A stretch of 29,603 nt of DNA. It comes from an uncultured virus (IMG/VR IMGVR_UViG_3300033145_003180). Lineage: Duplodnaviria; Heunggongvirae; Uroviricota; Caudoviricetes. Shown in pieces: positions 27,153-29,603 of the stretch; positions within the stretch are counted from its first letter, which is position 1; the number at the start of each line of letters is the position of its first letter. The stretch lies in the IMG/VR virus record IMGVR_UViG_3300033145_003180; one strand, written 5' to 3'. The notes under the pieces were generated by a model. That model saw only the letters and a program-made list of their open reading frames with translations. It did not search any database and had not been told where the DNA came from. The translations under genes and the position numbers were made by a program.

Positions 27153-27251
27153 ATGAAACATAAACGTTGTTTGGATTGTGGACGAGAGTATTTTAGTGAT
27201 GAATGCCCCAATTGCGGAAGTGAAAAATTCGCGGTCATTGGTGAGATCTAA
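27153..27251 (+). CDS. tiny zinc-ribbon protein (32 aa)
   Basis: MKHKRCLDCGREYFSDECPNCGSEK; GAGGT upstream. Confidence 0.5.
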   Translation: MKHKRCLDCGREYFSDECPNCGSEKFAVIGEI

Positions 27252-27403
27252 TGCCGAAAAAAGTCGAATGGGTATGTAGAGAATGTAGTAGTGGACCATG
27301 TTTCGAGTATGAAAGAAAGAAGCCATATATCTGCGAAAAAGGAAAAGGAAAGCCAAAATTTAGGAAGTCTTACAAAAGATAATGTGGAGAGCGGTGTGAT
27401 AAA

Positions 27404-27823
27404 ATGTGTGACGATTTTGATGAATTTGCAGAAAAGGTTAAGGATTTAGCAATAAAAATCAGAGCCGGTGTCTGTCCGATATGGCAATGTGGCGGAGAAC
27501 TTGAATTTATAGAGGAAAGGATCAACTGGCAAGAACCGGATCTAAAATGTAAAAGTTGCGGTGCCCTTTGGCTTTTACAGAAGGAAGATAAGGATGGAAA
27601 GAAAACGTTAAATTTCTGTTGGGTCAAAAAAATTACATTTTGTATAATGTGCCCTAAATGCAATACGTCTAGCGGATGCTATTCTATTGACGAGATCCTT
27701 CTTAACCATAAGAATGGTGAAGAATGTGGAAATTGTGGCGCGGTCATTCCCATTATAGGAGACAATATCCAATATGCTGAATTGGAGGTAGATAAAGATG
27801 GTAAAATCATACGAGAGAATTAA
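27404..27823 (+). CDS. double zinc-ribbon protein
   Basis: CPIWQCG..CKSCG and CPKC..CGNCG. Confidence 0.7.
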   Translation: MCDDFDEFAEKVKDLAIKIRAGVCPIWQCGGELEFIEERINWQEPDLKCKSCGALWLLQKEDKDGKKTLNFCWVKKITFCIMCPKCNTSSGCYSIDEILLNHKNGEECGNCGAVIPIIGDNIQYAELEVDKDGKIIREN

Positions 27824-28316
27824 GAATTTCAGCACTTCGATAGCCGTGGAAAAAACCATTGCTGAAATCGAGAAGATGCTGGCTAAATATGGGGCCACTA
27901 AGATAATGAAGGAATACGACATCGATGGAAATCCCACAGTTTTAATTTTTGGAATAATGACAGAGCATGGAGAAAAGCCAGTGCGTCTCCCTATTAAAGT
28001 AAACAAGATTATGGATGTTTTCAAATTGCAGGTAAGTAATAAGAAACTCCCGAGTAAATTCTGGGGGACTGATTGGGCAAAGGAACAGGCTGCAAGAGTG
28101 GGTTGGCGAATTATTAAGGATTGGCTTGATGCTCAATTAACTCTTCTAAATATTGAAATGGTTAAAGTTGAGGAGATATTTCTCCCGTATATGTATCATA
28201 GCGGGTTGGGTAAAACTGTCTTTGAATTACTCGAGGAACGAGATTTTAATCTTGATCTACTCGAACCGCACAATGAAAATAAAAAAAGAAAGATTATTGA
28301 TGTTGGATCCGGGTAA
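27798..28316 (+). CDS. conserved phage-type hypothetical protein
   Basis: KTIAEIEKML.KYGA...EQA.RVGWRIIKDW..AQ...EEIFLPY pattern. Confidence 0.75.
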   Translation: MVKSYERIKNFSTSIAVEKTIAEIEKMLAKYGATKIMKEYDIDGNPTVLIFGIMTEHGEKPVRLPIKVNKIMDVFKLQVSNKKLPSKFWGTDWAKEQAARVGWRIIKDWLDAQLTLLNIEMVKVEEIFLPYMYHSGLGKTVFELLEERDFNLDLLEPHNENKKRKIIDVGSG

Positions 28317-28363
28317 ATTTACTATTAAAACTTTAGGATTTAAATAAGGAGCGTGATAAAAAA

Positions 28364-28654
28364 ATGTGTAAACAATATTGGGCAGCAGCTGCAACTAAAA
28401 ATTGTGTTTGGTGCTTCCAAATAAAAGAAGAAAGATATGATGGAGAGGGTAACGCTGTAGAATCATGGAGAACAGAAACTATCTTCTTAACCGAAGAAGA
28501 AGCAATGGCACACGGCAACTCAAGACTTTATGCATGGGGTAAATACCAAGAAGGATGGAGAATTTGGGGTGTTATGTGCAAAGGACTAATGGCAGAACTA
28601 CTTGGGAAACACAATAAAGAGTTTGAGGATAAAGTCGAATATATTTCCAATTGA
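28364..28654 (+). CDS. hypothetical protein
   Basis: 96-aa ORF with RBS. Confidence 0.65.
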   Translation: MCKQYWAAAATKNCVWCFQIKEERYDGEGNAVESWRTETIFLTEEEAMAHGNSRLYAWGKYQEGWRIWGVMCKGLMAELLGKHNKEFEDKVEYISN

Positions 28655-28734
28655 TATAAATTCAAACAAGATTAGTATTTAAAAATAATGGAAGTGATCA
28701 ACTGGGACATAGTTATGAAAATCTCAAGTATAAA

Positions 28735-28947
28735 ATGGTCAAAGGCATGCGTAACAGAGCAATCACTTTCAAGAGTAGATCAGAGACAAAGGAAAAAGAA
28801 GAGGCATGGGATGAGGTCATATCATGGTTCGATAGTTTCCTAAAACCAGAATATCGGATATTGACAAAATCAGGTGCAATTGGTTTGCCCTTCGGTTTCA
28901 GAAAACTCAAGGAGGTTTTTGGTGACTGCCCAGAAGAAGGCGAATGA
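28735..28947 (+). CDS. hypothetical protein
   Basis: 70-aa ORF, ATGA overlap downstream. Confidence 0.55.
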   Translation: MVKGMRNRAITFKSRSETKEKEEAWDEVISWFDSFLKPEYRILTKSGAIGLPFGFRKLKEVFGDCPEEGE

Positions 28948-29281
28948 AGAAGATGTAAAAAAGAACATCTCAGATATTATATTTAAGGCATTGACACAGC
29001 CAGAACCAATTACATCTGAACAGGATAAAAAAATAAGAAAAGATATTATAATGGAATTGGAGAAGTTAGATGAAACGGGAAGCGATAAAATGGAAAAAAT
29101 TTATGAAGATAGCCGTCTGCAGGAAGCATGCGAACAAGGTTATGATGCTGGGTTAAATACAGCTAATACAATCAACAGCCGTTTCTCTCTATTTGATACA
29201 CCTGATAGAACTAAAGCATGGGAACGTGGCCACCGATTAGGTGTTAGGAGAAAAAATAAGAAAACCAGAACTAAAGGGTGA
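28944..29281 (+). CDS. hypothetical protein (start uncertain; ORF track 28874-29281)
   Basis: Open frame co-oriented with the operon; the upstream part overlaps the previous gene, so the true start is unclear. Confidence 0.5.
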
Positions 29282-29514
29282 TAAGAATGGCATGTAAGAC
29301 TTGTGATAGGGATGAAGATTGTGCAGGAAATGATAGTGGTATATTTCCATGTCCTGACTATGTTCCAAAGGTTTCCCATGATAATCCATGTGAATATTGT
29401 CCAATAGCAAAGGATGGTAATAGGTCAGAAAGTATGTGCGGTCATCTTGACTGTTGGAATGAATATAACGAATACGAAAAGACTAAAATCTCTACCCCAG
29501 AAAGAAGGATTTGA
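29278..29514 (+). CDS. small Cys-rich protein
   Basis: CKTC...C...CPD, CEYC...C; GTGA overlap. Confidence 0.6.
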   Translation: MIRMACKTCDRDEDCAGNDSGIFPCPDYVPKVSHDNPCEYCPIAKDGNRSESMCGHLDCWNEYNEYEKTKISTPERRI

Positions 29515-29519
29515 TAAAT

Positions 29520-29603
29520 ATGGAAATAACAGAGGAAATGCTTAAAAAATGTTTTTCTAAAGTACAGAAAATTGCAAAAGAGAAAAGCAGAATAGACTTA
29601 ATG
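29520..29603 (+). CDS. partial hypothetical protein (runs off window edge)
   Basis: ATG 29520, MEITEEMLKKCFSK... Confidence 0.45.
   Translation, partial: MEITEEMLKKCFSKVQKIAKEKSRIDLM

Noticed and set aside
319..29379. Numerous antisense ORFs in the track (e.g. 319-540, 3710-3967, 10036-10419, 13404-13769, 21422-21733, 27608-28024)
   Set aside because: Shadows of better-supported genes on the opposite strand; no RBS or motifs

Overview
AT-rich archaeal virus or provirus-like region. TATA-box promoters, GGTGA/GGAGA ribosome-binding sites, and Lrp, Sm-like and zinc-ribbon genes point to an archaeal host; a Thermoplasmatota host is only an inference. No capsid, terminase, rRNA, tRNA or CRISPR array was seen. 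Main structure: (1) A tightly packed 7-gene operon (2743-5746, - strand) whose otherwise unrelated products, including an ADP-ribosyltransferase-like protein and a Dam-family methylase, all start with the same basic tag M[AS]KKxG-Cx10C. An eighth gene (18650-18967) carries a similar tag at its C-terminus, and both loci share a palindromic promoter motif, suggesting a virion cargo-tagging system. (2) An iteron-like inverted-repeat origin candidate (5857-6195). (3) An 8.9-kb element with no recognisable transposase (6431-15314; 47-bp TIRs, 8-bp TSD). It carries a fused restriction-modification gene, HEPN, ASCH and AbrB genes and an integrase remnant, and it splits an HNH-winged-helix gene whose two halves rejoin in frame. 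(4) A replication module of Sm-like protein plus P-loop helicase-like protein. (5) A long + strand accessory gene run with a Rad52-like protein, tyrosine recombinase, beta-helix protein, radical SAM, ASCH and many zinc-finger proteins. All family calls are from motif recognition by eye, not database searches.
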